NCBI GenBank assembly: GCA_934129785.1
Contig: CAKOWW010000003.1
Coordinates: 24,315-88,314, forward strand
Direction of reading: 5' to 3'
Source: an uncultured Clostridia bacterium
Lineage (GTDB): Bacteria > Bacillota > Clostridia > TANB77 > CAG-508
Length of the DNA: 64,000 nucleotides
This document shows, one piece after another, positions 1 to 11,404 of this stretch. Under the pieces are notes generated by a model. That model had not been told where the DNA came from and made no database searches. It was given only the letters and a program-made list of their open reading frames with translations. Position numbers and translations under genes: made by a program. Within the stretch, counting starts at the first letter, position 1. Every line of letters starts with the position of its first letter.

Positions 1-377
1 TACGAGCTTTTTTAAGTCCGTATTTTTTTCTTTCTTTCATACGAGGATCTCTTGTTAAGAATCCGTTTGTTTTTAAAGCTGGTCTGTATTCACTGTTAGC
101 TGCATTTAAAGCTCTAGCGATACCATGTCTTATTGCTCCAGCTTGACCTGATATTCCTCCACCTTTTACAGTTGCTATAACATCAAATTTAGATGATGTA
201 TTTGTAACTGTAAGTGGTTGTCTAACTATAACTTTTAAAGTTTCTAAACCGAAAAATTCATCAATATCTTTTCCATTGATTGTTATTTTTCCAGTACCTT
301 CTACTAGTCTTACTCTAGCTATTGCGTTTTTTCTTCTACCTGTACCATAGAAAACTATATTTTCTTTTTTAGCCATC
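1..377 (-). CDS. rpsI: 30S ribosomal protein S9 (3' end runs off the window start)
   Basis: Reverse-strand translation [22 protein letters not shown]...KKYGLKKAR matches S9. The ATG at 375-377 abuts the rplM stop codon. Confidence 0.85.
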
Positions 378-815
378 TTATTTTACCTCCCATACTTCTG
401 GTTTTTGTGCTTGGTTTTCATGTTCACTACCTGCATAAACTCTTAATTTTTTAAGACTTTGTCTACCTAAAGAGTTGTGTGGTAACATTCCTTTAACAGC
501 TAACATCATAGCTTTTTCTGGATTTTTTTCAAGCATAACTTTTGCTGAAACTTCTTTCATTCCACCAATGTAACCTGAGTGGTGTCTGTAAACTTTTTGA
601 TTTAATTTGTTTCCTGTTAATATTGCATCTTTGCAATTTAAAATTATAACATGGTCTCCCATATCAATATTTGGTGTAAATGTTGGTTTGTGTTTACCTC
701 TTAATAATTTAGCAGCTTCTGTTGCAACTCTACCTAATGGTTTGTTAGCTACATCAATTATATACCATTTACTTTCAACTTCGCCTTTTTTTGCGCTATA
801 TGTAGTATTATTCAT
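378..815 (-). CDS. rplM: 50S ribosomal protein L13
   Basis: 145-aa ORF with L13 sequence throughout ([24 protein letters not shown]); usual rplM-rpsI pairing. Confidence 0.9.
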   Translation of the reverse strand: MNNTTYSAKKGEVESKWYIIDVANKPLGRVATEAAKLLRGKHKPTFTPNIDMGDHVIILNCKDAILTGNKLNQKVYRHHSGYIGGMKEVSAKVMLEKNPEKAMMLAVKGMLPHNSLGRQSLKKLRVYAGSEHENQAQKPEVWEVK

Positions 816-1036
816 GGTAATATATACCCTCCTATTTTAATTTTATATTTTATTTATATGAAATTCAAACTTAAAACCACCGGGGAGAGATTTTAATTTT
901 AAATTACATTACACATAATTGCGTAAATATTGTATTACAAAAATTGCAATTTGTCAAGGCTTGACAAAATAAAAAAAAATGTATATACTAGTAACGCTTT
1001 AAAAAAGGATGTAATATATTATTATTAAGGAGTAAT

Positions 1037-2359
1037 ATGAAAATGAAAAACAAGAAAACTATAAGAAATGTGCTAATATTAGCAGGAATTGCAGTAACAG
1101 CATTATTTTTTATAAACATGAGCTTTGCATCATCAGATGGAAAAGTAAATGTTGAAACAGCAAACATAAGAGAAACAGCAGATGAAAATGCAAAAATCTT
1201 AGAACAGTTATCACAAGGAGACAATGTTGAAATACTAGAAAAACAAGGAAGCTGGTATAAAATAAAATCAAAAGGGATAACAGGATATCTAAGAGAAGAT
1301 CTAATAGAAGTAAAAAATGAAGAAAAAACTGTAGAAACTTCAGCAACAGTAGAAACAGAAAAACAAGAATCAACTGATAGTAATAAAGCAAACAATATTC
1401 AAGAAAATACAACTGAAGAAACAAATAGCGAAGAAAAAACTAAAAAAGTTTCAGAGAACACAAAATTAAAAATTGTACCTGCAATTAATGCAACAGATAT
1501 TTTAGAAGTAAAAAAAGATGAAGAAGTAACAGTTACAGAAACTTTAGGAGATTGGGTTTGTATTCAAACATCTACAACAAAAGGATGGATTAGAGCAAAC
1601 AAATTAAAATCAGCAAAAGAGGAAAAACAAGAAGAAACAAAAACAGAAGAACAACCACAAGTAGAAGAAAAACAAGAAACATTACTAAAAAAAGCATATA
1701 TTAATACTCAAACAGCAAATATGAGAAAAGAAGCAAATACAGCTTCAGAAATAGTAACATCCTTAACACTAAATACAGAAGTAGAAGTATATGCGGAAGA
1801 AAATGGTTGGAGCAAAGTAAAAGTAAATGGACAAGATGGATATATATCAACTACACTTTTAAGTGATAAAAAGATAGAAACATCAAGAAGTTTAGAAACA
1901 CCAAGAAAAAAAGCAGAAAGTACAACTACAAAAAATACTAGTACAAAGAAAGAAACAACTACACAAACAACAACTAGTACAACTACACAAACATCAGGAA
2001 AAGGGGCAACAGTTGTTTCAACTGCAAGAAATTATATAGGAAGTAAATATGTATATGGTGCAACTGGACCAAACAGTTTTGACTGTTCAGGATTTACACA
2101 ATATGTATTTAAATTACATGGTGTAAGTTTAAACAGAACTGCAGCAGCACAATATTCAAACGGAGTGGCTGTAGATAGATCAAACTTACAACCAGGAGAC
2201 TTAGTTATGTTTGGAAAATCTGGAATTAACCATGTTGGAATTTATATTGGTGGAGGTCAAATAGTTCATGCGGCTAATCCATCAAGAGGAGTAACAATAG
2301 ACACAATAACTTCAGGATATTACAACAATAACTATGTTGGAGCAAGAAGAGTTATGTAA
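1037..2359 (+). CDS. secreted cell-wall hydrolase with three SH3b repeats and a C-terminal NlpC/P60 domain
   Basis: N-terminal signal peptide; repeated GSWYKI..GYL / GDWVCI..GWI / NGWSKV..GYI SH3b-like motifs; C-terminal NlpC/P60 Cys/His region (FDCSGFTQYVF...HVGIYIGGGQIVHA). Confidence 0.8.
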   Translation: MKMKNKKTIRNVLILAGIAVTALFFINMSFASSDGKVNVETANIRETADENAKILEQLSQGDNVEILEKQGSWYKIKSKGITGYLREDLIEVKNEEKTVETSATVETEKQESTDSNKANNIQENTTEETNSEEKTKKVSENTKLKIVPAINATDILEVKKDEEVTVTETLGDWVCIQTSTTKGWIRANKLKSAKEEKQEETKTEEQPQVEEKQETLLKKAYINTQTANMRKEANTASEIVTSLTLNTEVEVYAEENGWSKVKVNGQDGYISTTLLSDKKIETSRSLETPRKKAESTTTKNTSTKKETTTQTTTSTTTQTSGKGATVVSTARNYIGSKYVYGATGPNSFDCSGFTQYVFKLHGVSLNRTAAAQYSNGVAVDRSNLQPGDLVMFGKSGINHVGIYIGGGQIVHAANPSRGVTIDTITSGYYNNNYVGARRVM

Positions 2360-2365
2360 GAAAGG

Positions 2366-4765
2366 ATGATTATAATTAAAAGACCAATTTTAGTTATAGT
2401 CATTGGATATATAATAGGAATTATAATGGGGCTATACAAAAATATAAGTATAGTCCCTTTGTATATTTTTTTGGCTATAATATATTTTATATATAAAAAA
2501 ATAAATTTATCAAAAAACAAAAAATTAAAATTCAAATTATTAAGTTTCAAAAGATATTTTAGATATATCAAATTAGTAATAAGTAAAAATGTGCTTGTTA
2601 CAATAATAATATCATCAATTATTTCTAATACAATCATTATAATTCAAAATAAAAGATACGAAAATAAATATAAAGATGGAGACCAAATATTTGGGAAAGC
2701 TGTTGTTATAAGTAATATGCAGGAAAAAGAATATAGCAATATGTACAAAATAAAACTTCTAAAAAATGGTGATAAATTTTATTTGAAATTGAATAAAAAG
2801 CAAAGCAAACTACAATATGGAGATGAAATAGAGCTAAAAGGAGAATTTATAGAACCACAAACAGCTAGAAATAAAGGAGGTTTTAATTATAAACAATATT
2901 TGAAAACATTGAAAATATATGGAACTATAAATGTGGAAAAAGTAGCCATTCTAGGAAAAAATAGAATTAATCCAATATTAAAATTTTCAAATGATATTCA
3001 TATAAAAATAGAAGAAAAAATAGAAAAATATTTAGATGAAAAACAAGCAGGAATTTTGAAAGGAATTTTATTAGGAGATTCAAAAAAAGTAGAAGAAGAA
3101 ATACAAGAAAACTTCAGAATAAGTAATATTTCACATGTTTTAGCAGTATCAGGTATGCATGTAAATTATATAATTTTAGGGATAGGTTGTTTATTAAAAC
3201 CATTATTTGGGAAAAGAAGAACAAGGAAAATAACAATAATATTCTTAGTGTTTTATATGTTTATAACAGGCTTTTCAGCTTCAATTGTAAGAGCAGGAGT
3301 AATGGGAATTATTATAATTTTAGGAAAGCTAATACATAGAAAAGAAGACACATGGACATCAATTTCAATTTCTTTATTAATTTTGTTAATAAACAATCCG
3401 TTTTCAATATTAAATATTAGTTTACAACTATCTTTTGCAGGAACAATGGGATTAGTGTTATTTAATAAAAAAATTCCTGGAATATTTTCAATAACACTAT
3501 GTGCACAAATAATGATATTTCCTATAATGATATATCATTTTAATATATTTGGAACATATTTTTTAATAACTAATTTATTAGCTGGAATAATAATTGGACC
3601 AATAATAATAATTGGAATTTTAGGAATTTTTAGTTCGATTTTTAGTTTAACAATAGCTAAAATGATATTTTTTATTGAAAAGATATCAGTAGAAATCTTA
3701 ATTTTAATATCTAAATTTTCAGAATTTTCAATGGCAAAAATTTATTTGCCAACACCCAGAATATGGCAAATAATTATATATTATATTATCGTATTTTTTA
3801 TAAAATCAATATATGAAGTTTATTCGGAAAAAAAGCCAAATGCAACTTTTATAAGAGTAAAAAATTTGCTAGCTTTGGCAAAATATAAATTTAGAAAAAA
3901 TAAAAGAAAAAACATAAAGAAAATAATGAGTATATTAATGATTTTAGTAGTTACATTTACAATAATAAAAAAACAATATAATATACTAAATATAAATTTT
4001 GTAGATGTTGGACAAGGAGATTCATGTTTTATTGTAACACCTAAAAATAAAACAATTTTAGTAGATGGAGGAGGAAGCCAATCTAAAGAATTTGATGTTG
4101 GGAAAAGTATATTATTACCATATATATTGAATAAAGGCTACACACAGATAGATTATATTGTAATTAGCCATTTTGATTATGACCATGTTGGTGGAATTTT
4201 ATACATTATGCAAGAAATAAAAGTGAAAAATATAATTATAGGAAAACAATTTGAAAATAGCCAAAACTATGAAAAGTTTGTAAATATAGTACAACAAAAA
4301 GATATAAAAGTTAGAATTGTAGAAGCAGGGGAAAATATAAAAATTGAGAAAGATTTAAATTTTAATGTAATATGGCCAAATTCTAAAAACGAAATTTCTG
4401 ATAATTCAATTAATAATAACTCTTTAGTATTTAAAATGATGTATAAGAAATTTTCGATGCTGTTTACAGGTGATATTGAAGAAATAGCTGAAAAGAAAAT
4501 ACTGCAAACTTGTAATGTTAAAAATTTAGAATCATTGGTTTTGAAAGTACCACATCATGGTTCTAAAACTTCTTCTAGTCAGGGATTTTTAGACGCAGTA
4601 AGACCTAAAATTGCGTTAATAGGTGTAGGAAAAAATAACAAATTTGGTCATCCTTCAGATATTACTTTAGAAAAGTTTAAAATGTATGATATAAAAGTGT
4701 ATAGAACAGACCAAAAAGGAGAAATTACCTTAAAAACAGATGGAAATAAAATAAAGATTTACTAA
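2366..4765 (+). CDS. comEC: DNA internalization competence protein ComEC/Rec2 (polytopic membrane domain plus C-terminal metallo-beta-lactamase)
   Basis: 799 aa; many TM segments; competence-domain motif HVLAVSGMH; C-terminal MBL motifs DVGQGDS, HFDYDHVGG, VPHHGSKTSS. Confidence 0.85.
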   Translation: MIIIKRPILVIVIGYIIGIIMGLYKNISIVPLYIFLAIIYFIYKKINLSKNKKLKFKLLSFKRYFRYIKLVISKNVLVTIIISSIISNTIIIIQNKRYENKYKDGDQIFGKAVVISNMQEKEYSNMYKIKLLKNGDKFYLKLNKKQSKLQYGDEIELKGEFIEPQTARNKGGFNYKQYLKTLKIYGTINVEKVAILGKNRINPILKFSNDIHIKIEEKIEKYLDEKQAGILKGILLGDSKKVEEEIQENFRISNISHVLAVSGMHVNYIILGIGCLLKPLFGKRRTRKITIIFLVFYMFITGFSASIVRAGVMGIIIILGKLIHRKEDTWTSISISLLILLINNPFSILNISLQLSFAGTMGLVLFNKKIPGIFSITLCAQIMIFPIMIYHFNIFGTYFLITNLLAGIIIGPIIIIGILGIFSSIFSLTIAKMIFFIEKISVEILILISKFSEFSMAKIYLPTPRIWQIIIYYIIVFFIKSIYEVYSEKKPNATFIRVKNLLALAKYKFRKNKRKNIKKIMSILMILVVTFTIIKKQYNILNINFVDVGQGDSCFIVTPKNKTILVDGGGSQSKEFDVGKSILLPYILNKGYTQIDYIVISHFDYDHVGGILYIMQEIKVKNIIIGKQFENSQNYEKFVNIVQQKDIKVRIVEAGENIKIEKDLNFNVIWPNSKNEISDNSINNNSLVFKMMYKKFSMLFTGDIEEIAEKKILQTCNVKNLESLVLKVPHHGSKTSSSQGFLDAVRPKIALIGVGKNNKFGHPSDITLEKFKMYDIKVYRTDQKGEITLKTDGNKIKIY

Positions 4766-4835
4766 TAATTGTATAAATTTGAAAAATAAGCAAATACTAT
4801 TAGAAAAGACATAAGTACAAAAAAGGAGAAAAGTG

Positions 4836-5447
4836 ATGAATAAGGTAATAATATCAATGATTTCTACTGTTGCAATAATCTTAGCAATAACGCTAGGGTT
4901 TGCATTTGGAAAATTTGGACAAAAAGAAGAAAAGGCAATACAACAAGAAGAAATAGCAAAAAACAACGAAATAATTGAAGATGAATGCACAGAAGAATAT
5001 ACGCAAATGGAAAATGAAAACTTACAAACAGCCTCTACTGAAGTTGAGGAAAAAATAGCGCCAAATGCAGAAATAATATTTAAAACAACATACGAAAAAT
5101 GTGGACATACAATAAGCAAATATGACAAGGTTTCAAATGATTTAGTTAACATGACCAAGGAAGAATTGGCAAGTAAATATGAAAGTTGGAATATCGAAAA
5201 ATTTTCTGATACACAAATTATATTAACAAAAACAGATGAAGAAGAATGTGGTGAACATTATATGGTAAGAGAAAAAAATGGCAAACTGGTTGTTTTTCGA
5301 ATACAAGAAAATGGTGTAGAAACAGAATATGAGACAACAGAAATTTCACTTGAATATATTCCACAAACTGATTCGATTAGTATAAAGAATGGAGTTAGAA
5401 TTAATGGAAATGAAGAATTAAATCAGTATTTAGAGAATTTTGAATAA
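4836..5447 (+). CDS. membrane-anchored protein with BofC_C-like C-terminal domain
   Basis: SD AAGGAG 7 nt upstream of the ATG; N-terminal TM; C-terminal HYMVREKNGKLVVF...ELNQYLENFE resembles the BofC C-terminal domain. Confidence 0.5.
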   Translation: MNKVIISMISTVAIILAITLGFAFGKFGQKEEKAIQQEEIAKNNEIIEDECTEEYTQMENENLQTASTEVEEKIAPNAEIIFKTTYEKCGHTISKYDKVSNDLVNMTKEELASKYESWNIEKFSDTQIILTKTDEEECGEHYMVREKNGKLVVFRIQENGVETEYETTEISLEYIPQTDSISIKNGVRINGNEELNQYLENFE

Positions 5448-5506
5448 AAGCTAAATTAAAAATGAGACTTAAGTTATTATTATAAACTTAAACCTCATTT
5501 TTATGT

Positions 5507-6097
5507 TTATTTTTTCTTTTCTTTTTTATCAACAGTAACTTCTTTTTTCAAATCTTGTTTATCAATAAATCCTTTTTGATATAAATCTTTAACATACATT
5601 ACTAATGCAAATACAGTAGTAACAATTGCTAAACAATAAAGTCCAAAATCTAAATTAGTCCAAATTTCAGGAAGTTCAAATTGTTTTACAAGTAAGGAAG
5701 CAACAATTGCTATGTAAAATAAAACTGTTGCAAGTTTTCCATACCATCTACTATAAACAACAACATCTTTTCCATAAAGGAAAGAAGCACCAACTATCAT
5801 TATAAACTCCTTAAAAAGGACAATTGCTAATATCCAAATAGGTATAATGTCGGTAATTACAAGAGATGTAAGTGTTGCAATTTGAGTTAATTTATCTGCT
5901 AATGGATCCATTAATTTTCCGAAATTAGAAATCAGGTTGAATTTTCTTGCAATAAATCCATCAGCTATATCTGTTAAACCAGAAAGGGTAAATACTATAA
6001 AAGCAATTATATATTGTCCAGTAAATATATAAAATAAAATTACTGGAATTAATAAAATTCTTATTATTGTTAGTATATTTGGTATATGTTTAAACAT
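5507..6097 (-). CDS. pgsA: CDP-diacylglycerol--glycerol-3-phosphate 3-phosphatidyltransferase
   Basis: CDP-alcohol phosphatidyltransferase motif DIADGFIARKF...GKLMDPLADKL. Confidence 0.8.
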   Translation of the reverse strand: MFKHIPNILTIIRILLIPVILFYIFTGQYIIAFIVFTLSGLTDIADGFIARKFNLISNFGKLMDPLADKLTQIATLTSLVITDIIPIWILAIVLFKEFIMIVGASFLYGKDVVVYSRWYGKLATVLFYIAIVASLLVKQFELPEIWTNLDFGLYCLAIVTTVFALVMYVKDLYQKGFIDKQDLKKEVTVDKKEKKK

Positions 6098-6106
6098 TTT
6101 TTTCTC

Positions 6107-8473
6107 CTATTTTACTTCAAATTTTAATTTATCATTTTCAAAATCTACTGCTACTGTTTGACCATCTAAAAGTTCACCTTTTAATATCATTTCAGATAAT
6201 TCATCTTCTACATATCTTTGAATAGCCCTTCTTAGAGGTCTAGCTCCAAATTTTATATCAGTACCTTTTTCTAATATATAATCTTTAGCACTTTTTGTTA
6301 TAGTCATTTTAATATCTTTATCATTAAGAGCTTTTTTTGTATCTTTTAACATTAAATCCACAATCTGTAACAATTGTTCTTTTGTTAAAGCATCAAAACT
6401 TATAATTTCATCAATTCTATTTAAGAATTCTGGTCTAAATACATCTTTTAAAGAATCAATTAATTTACCTTTGTCTACAGTTTGTTTACCAAAACCAATT
6501 GAGTTTGTATTAGTGTTTGAACCAGCGTTTGAAGTCATTATTATAATTGTATTTGAAAAACTTACAGTATTTCCTTGACTATCTGTTAATTTTCCATCAT
6601 CTAGTACTTGTAGTAAAATATTAAAAACATCTGGATGAGCTTTTTCAATTTCGTCTAATAGAATTATAGAATATGGTTTTCTTTTTACTTTATCAGTTAA
6701 TTGACCAGCATCATCATATCCAACATATCCTGGGGGAGCACCAATTAATTTTGAAGTTGAATGACTTTCCATATATTCAGACATATCAATTCTAATTATA
6801 TTATCTTCACTTCCAAACATTTCATAAGCTAAGCTTTTAGCAAGTTCTGTTTTACCTACACCAGTTGGACCTACAAATATAAATGAAGGTGGTCTTTTTG
6901 TACTTTTTAATCCTGCTCTATTTCTTCTTATAGCTCTTGCTACACAATTAACAGCTTCATCTTGACCAATAATTCTTTTATGAAGATTTGTTTCTAAATT
7001 TAATAGTTTTTGAGTTTCAGCTTCAGTAATTTTTTTAACTGGAATTTTAGTCCAACTTTCTATTACATTAGCAATATCTTGAATTGTTAATTGTTTAGGT
7101 TTCATTTTTTTGCTTAAAGTATCAATTTCTTCTATTAATTGACATTCGCGAGTTTTTAAATCTGCAGCTTTTTGATAATCTTCAGTAGAATCTGCTGCTA
7201 TAACTTCTTCTTTTTCAGATTGAACTTTACTTAGTTCTTGTTTTAACATCTCTAATTTATATAGGCTTTTATTTTCTAAGTTAATTCTAGAACAAGCTTC
7301 ATCTAGTATGTCTATTGCTTTATCAGGTAAAAATCTATCATGAATATATTTTTCTGACATAATAACAGCTTGACGAATAACATCTGAAGATATTTTGACT
7401 TTGTGATAATCTTCATAATATTTTTTAATTCCTTCCAAAATGCCTATAGAATCATCAATATTTGGTTCTTCTACAAGAACTTGTTGAAATCTTCTTTCTA
7501 ATGCTGAATCTTTTTCAATATATTTTCTATATTCTTTTAAAGTTGTAGTTCCAATTAATTGAATTTCTCCATTAGATAGAGCTGGTTTTAAGATGTTAGC
7601 TGCATTCATAGAATGTTCTCCATCTCCAGCACCTATAATGTTGTGAATTTCGTCAATAACTAAAATGATATTTCCATATTGCTTACATTCATCAATAATG
7701 CCTTTCATTCTAGATTCAAATTGACCTCTAAATTGTGTACCAGCGATTACAGATGTCATATCTAGTAAATAAACTTCTTTATTTAAAAGTTTTGCAGGTA
7801 CATTTTGATTAGCAATTCTAATTGCTAATCCTTGTGCAATAGCTGTTTTACCAACACCAGGTTCACCAATAAGGCAAGGATTATTTTTTGAACGTCTATT
7901 TAATATTTGTACAATTCTTTGGATTTCTTTTTCTCTACCTATAACTAAATCAAGTTCATTATTTTTTGCTTTATTTGTTAAGTTAGTTCCATAAGTATCT
8001 AAGAATTTCTTTTTCTTATTTTGGTTTTTCTTTTTTTCTACTTTTACTCTTTTTCTACTATTGCCAGGTTCTTCTTGTTCATCATTATCTTTATTCTTCA
8101 TCATGCTTGAAAAAATTGAACCTAAAGGAATAGCTGCTCCAGAAATTTTTGGACCATTTTCAGGGTCATCTTCATTATTTTGCTCAAAAGTTATAGCGCC
8201 TTCTATGTTTTCTATATCTTCTAAGTTAATATTTTCAGCTAAATCTTTAAAAATATTTTCAAATTGTTGTGTCATATCATTAATATTTAATTTGTCTTTA
8301 GAAAGAATTTCATTTTGATTTGTTATAACTTCAAGAGGATTTATACCTTTTTTCTTGGCACAGTCATAACAATAACCTTCTAAAGTCTCTTTTCCATTTT
8401 CTATTTTTTTATAAAAAACCACTGCTGGTTTATCATTACATTCTGAACATAACATGTGTTTTAAATTCCTCAT
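6107..8473 (-). CDS. clpE: ClpE-like Clp/Hsp100 AAA+ ATPase with N-terminal zinc ribbon
   Basis: Two Walker A sites ([23 protein letters not shown]); N-terminal CSEC..CYDC zinc ribbon in place of Clp_N repeats; coiled-coil linker between the AAA modules. Confidence 0.75.
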   Translation of the reverse strand: MRNLKHMLCSECNDKPAVVFYKKIENGKETLEGYCYDCAKKKGINPLEVITNQNEILSKDKLNINDMTQQFENIFKDLAENINLEDIENIEGAITFEQNNEDDPENGPKISGAAIPLGSIFSSMMKNKDNDEQEEPGNSRKRVKVEKKKNQNKKKKFLDTYGTNLTNKAKNNELDLVIGREKEIQRIVQILNRRSKNNPCLIGEPGVGKTAIAQGLAIRIANQNVPAKLLNKEVYLLDMTSVIAGTQFRGQFESRMKGIIDECKQYGNIILVIDEIHNIIGAGDGEHSMNAANILKPALSNGEIQLIGTTTLKEYRKYIEKDSALERRFQQVLVEEPNIDDSIGILEGIKKYYEDYHKVKISSDVIRQAVIMSEKYIHDRFLPDKAIDILDEACSRINLENKSLYKLEMLKQELSKVQSEKEEVIAADSTEDYQKAADLKTRECQLIEEIDTLSKKMKPKQLTIQDIANVIESWTKIPVKKITEAETQKLLNLETNLHKRIIGQDEAVNCVARAIRRNRAGLKSTKRPPSFIFVGPTGVGKTELAKSLAYEMFGSEDNIIRIDMSEYMESHSTSKLIGAPPGYVGYDDAGQLTDKVKRKPYSIILLDEIEKAHPDVFNILLQVLDDGKLTDSQGNTVSFSNTIIIMTSNAGSNTNTNSIGFGKQTVDKGKLIDSLKDVFRPEFLNRIDEIISFDALTKEQLLQIVDLMLKDTKKALNDKDIKMTITKSAKDYILEKGTDIKFGARPLRRAIQRYVEDELSEMILKGELLDGQTVAVDFENDKLKFEVK

Positions 8474-8753
8474 TTCTATAAAAATTAATATATATTATAA
8501 TAACGCAAAAAAGGGGAATAGTCAATATTTTAATACTATTTTAAGATACTTAAAGTTACTGGTTAATGTATTATTATTAATAAAAAGAAATCCTTGATAT
8601 ATAAGTCTTTCATTACATTCATCGGCTTATTATAAAATTTAAGAAATTCTATGCAGTTTTGTCATAAAATCAACTTTAAAAATTTTATTGCTAAAAACAA
8701 ATAAAAATGTTATAATCAAAAAGTAAACAAATGTAAAAAAACGAGGGAAGAAA

Positions 8754-9617
8754 ATGAATTTAACGTTACCAAAAGAAACAGAAATAGGAAAAAAACAAAT
8801 TATAATATATATAAGTATTATCTTAATATGCATTATATCTATAGTTATAGCATTTTATGTGCAATTTTATGCAAGAATAGATATCGCATCATTAGTAGGT
8901 TTAAAAGAAAAAAAAGAATTTGGACAAAAAACAGAAGAGGAAATAGAAACATTAAAATCAAATTTTAACACTATATTTATAAATAATATAGAAAATGATA
9001 ATGATGAAAACAACGGAAAAAAAGAGCAACAAGATAGAAAAATTGTATATACAAAATATGAGAAGAAAGAAAGCAAAATTAATAGTTATGATTTAGAGGT
9101 TCATATACCATACATAAATATTGATAATGAAGTTGTAAAAAAATATAATCAAAAAATAGAAGAAATATTTGCTAATAAAGCAAGAAATATCCTAGGCAGT
9201 GAAAATAAAAATATAATTTATAATGTTGAATATGTGGCAAATATATATGACGGCATATTATCTGTTATGGTTAAATCAAATTTAAAAGAAGGTTCAAATG
9301 CACAAAAAGTAGTGGTGCAAACTTATAATTATGATTTAAGAAATAATAAGGAAATAACAATAGATGAGATGTTAAAAATTAAAGGAATGGATAAGCAACT
9401 TGTTCAAAATAAAATTAATGATGAAATTTCGGAAGAAGAAAAAAAGGTAGAAGATTTGAAAAATCTTGGATATAATATTTATACTAGAGATACTTCAAGT
9501 GATATGTATGATTTAGAAAATGCTTCAGAATTTTATGTTACAGAAGATACATTGTATATTATATATGCATATGGAAATCAAACTTCAACTAGTGAAATGG
9601 ATTTAGTAATTTTATAA
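8754..9617 (+). CDS. hypothetical membrane-anchored protein (single N-terminal TM, K/E/N-rich ectodomain)
   Basis: 287-aa ORF. A sigmaA-like promoter TTGCTA-17-TATAAT lies upstream at about 8685-8713. No confident family assignment. Confidence 0.55.
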   Translation: MNLTLPKETEIGKKQIIIYISIILICIISIVIAFYVQFYARIDIASLVGLKEKKEFGQKTEEEIETLKSNFNTIFINNIENDNDENNGKKEQQDRKIVYTKYEKKESKINSYDLEVHIPYINIDNEVVKKYNQKIEEIFANKARNILGSENKNIIYNVEYVANIYDGILSVMVKSNLKEGSNAQKVVVQTYNYDLRNNKEITIDEMLKIKGMDKQLVQNKINDEISEEEKKVEDLKNLGYNIYTRDTSSDMYDLENASEFYVTEDTLYIIYAYGNQTSTSEMDLVIL

Positions 9618-9628
9618 TATTTGGTATT

Positions 9629-9750
9629 AAACTTTAATATATATTTTTACGCAGTGACAATTCGGGGGGACCGACAAATTATGGGCTGTTATGAAATTAC
9701 AGCCCATTATGCAGTTGGGAGTCACAAGTAAAAACTATATATTAAAGTTT
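9629..9750 (+). repeat. structured ~120-nt element, copy 1: conserved core flanked by covarying inverted arms
   Basis: Core tacgcagtgacaattcggggggaccgac, then hairpin atgggctgt..acagcccat, then gttgggagtcaca. An outer AT-rich inverted repeat aaactttaatatatat/atatattaaagttt encloses it. Second copy at 39195-39320. Confidence 0.6.
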
Positions 9751-9820
9751 TCGTGTTTTATAGAAGATTTTTTATAGAATTTAAGTTTAAATATTAAAAT
9801 GATTTTATGAATTATGAACA

Positions 9821-9852
9821 AAAAAAGAAGAGTTTTTATAAAACTCTTCTCT
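9821..9852 (-). terminator. rho-independent terminator downstream of htrA
   Basis: Hairpin agaagagttttt/aaactcttct followed by a T-run on the minus strand. Confidence 0.55.
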
Positions 9853-9962
9853 TTGAAAATAAAAGGGGATGTTTTTTATTTCAAATCAGTACTTTCTACT
9901 GACTATGGTTGTATTATACTAACCAATTTTGTCCATTGTGTGAACTAAAAGTGAAAACTTAG

Positions 9963-11228
9963 TTAAGGTTGTTCACCTAAAGTTAAAGTTAATTCTTTTT
10001 CTTGTCCATTTCTATTTACTTTAATTTTCATTTCATCACCAATTTTGTGAGTATTTTTAATTTCATTTAACTCATCCATTGTTGTAATTTTTTTACCATC
10101 TGCTTCAATAATAACATCGCCAACTTTAACTTCTGCTTTTTCGGCAGCTGAGAAATCTTCTATAGATTTAACATAGATACCTTGAACTAAATTGTTAGCT
10201 TTGGCTGTTTTTTCATCTAAGTCCATACCAGAAATTCCAATATAAGGTCTTTTAACTTTGCTATATTGAATTAATTGTGAAGTTATATCTGTAGTTGAAT
10301 TAATTGGAATTGCAAATCCCATACCTTCAATTCCTGTACCAGAAAGTTTTAAAGTGTTAATTCCAATTACTTTACCTTCACTATTTACTAATGCACCACC
10401 ACTGTTACCAGAGTTTATAGCAGCATCTGTTTGGATTAAAGTGAATTTTTTACCATCAGAATCTGTAACTTCTCTATTAACGGCGCTTATAACACCACAA
10501 GTTATACTACTTTGCATTCCTAGAGGGTTACCAACAGCCATAGCAAATTCACCAACTTTTACACTATCAGAATCTGCAAATTCTGCTTTAGATAAACCTG
10601 TTTTCTCAATTTTTATAACAGCTAAGTCTGTTTGTTCATCTTTTCCAATAATTTTTGCTTCATATTCAGTTTTATCATTAAATAAAGTTACAGTTACCTT
10701 TGTTGCTTCAGATACTTCATAGTAAGATTCAGAAGAAGATGATGAAACAATATGATTATTTGTTAAAATATATCCATCTTCACTAATTATAATACCAGAT
10801 CCACTAGCTGTTGCAGTAGAATTTTGAGTTTGTCTACCAAACATTGAGATTAAAGAATTTACATTATATTCAACTTTAATTCCAACAATTGAAGGTAAAA
10901 TCTTATTTGCTGCATATACAGAAGTATCTGAATAATTTGAAAGTGAAGTTTGACTAACATATCCTGTATTTAAATTATTAGAATTTGTGTTAGAGCCTGA
11001 ATTATTTGATGTTGAACCTAATAATTTGTTTTTTATAGAAGGCACACCAAAACAAGTTCCAACTACTACAGTGCAACCAAGTACGCCACTTACAAATGGT
11101 AGTAAAAATCCATTTGCAAAGCCCATTTTTGCTTTATGTTCAGATTTATAAGCTTTATTTATTGTAGCTTGATTTTGAACAGCTTTAAAATTTGATTTGT
11201 TTTCTTGTTCTTTTTTATTTTCTTCCAT
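9963..11228 (-). CDS. htrA: HtrA/DegP-family serine protease with N-terminal TM anchor and C-terminal PDZ domain
   Basis: Catalytic triad context (TNNHIV, DLAVIKI, GNSGGALVN) followed by a PDZ region. Confidence 0.85.
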   Translation of the reverse strand: MEENKKEQENKSNFKAVQNQATINKAYKSEHKAKMGFANGFLLPFVSGVLGCTVVVGTCFGVPSIKNKLLGSTSNNSGSNTNSNNLNTGYVSQTSLSNYSDTSVYAANKILPSIVGIKVEYNVNSLISMFGRQTQNSTATASGSGIIISEDGYILTNNHIVSSSSSESYYEVSEATKVTVTLFNDKTEYEAKIIGKDEQTDLAVIKIEKTGLSKAEFADSDSVKVGEFAMAVGNPLGMQSSITCGVISAVNREVTDSDGKKFTLIQTDAAINSGNSGGALVNSEGKVIGINTLKLSGTGIEGMGFAIPINSTTDITSQLIQYSKVKRPYIGISGMDLDEKTAKANNLVQGIYVKSIEDFSAAEKAEVKVGDVIIEADGKKITTMDELNEIKNTHKIGDEMKIKVNRNGQEKELTLTLGEQP

Positions 11229-11404
11229 TTTTAAAACCTCCCAAAGATATTCTTTTAATATAATATCCTAATCTAAAGGTATAATACAATACATTTGTGA
11301 ATATTTTGTGAAAAAAATGTGATACTTAAATTTTTTATTTACTATTGAAAAAGAGAATGGAAAAATATATAATAAACAAGAATAAAAAGTAAAGGGTGAA
11401 ATAA

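Noticed and set aside
1110-1424. Leu/Phe-rich reverse-strand ORFs (also 12103-12435, 14467-14772, 35231-35437, 36156-36701, 37163-37630 and similar)
   Set aside because: These are antisense shadows of Lys/Glu-rich AT-rich genes (AAA/GAA read as TTT/TTC on the other strand). They are low-complexity and have no RBS.
8474-8753. Searched for a CtsR operator (GGTCAAAnanGGTCAAA) upstream of the ClpE-like gene
   Set aside because: Only a weak resemblance (agtcaatattttaatac) was found, so it is not reported as a feature.
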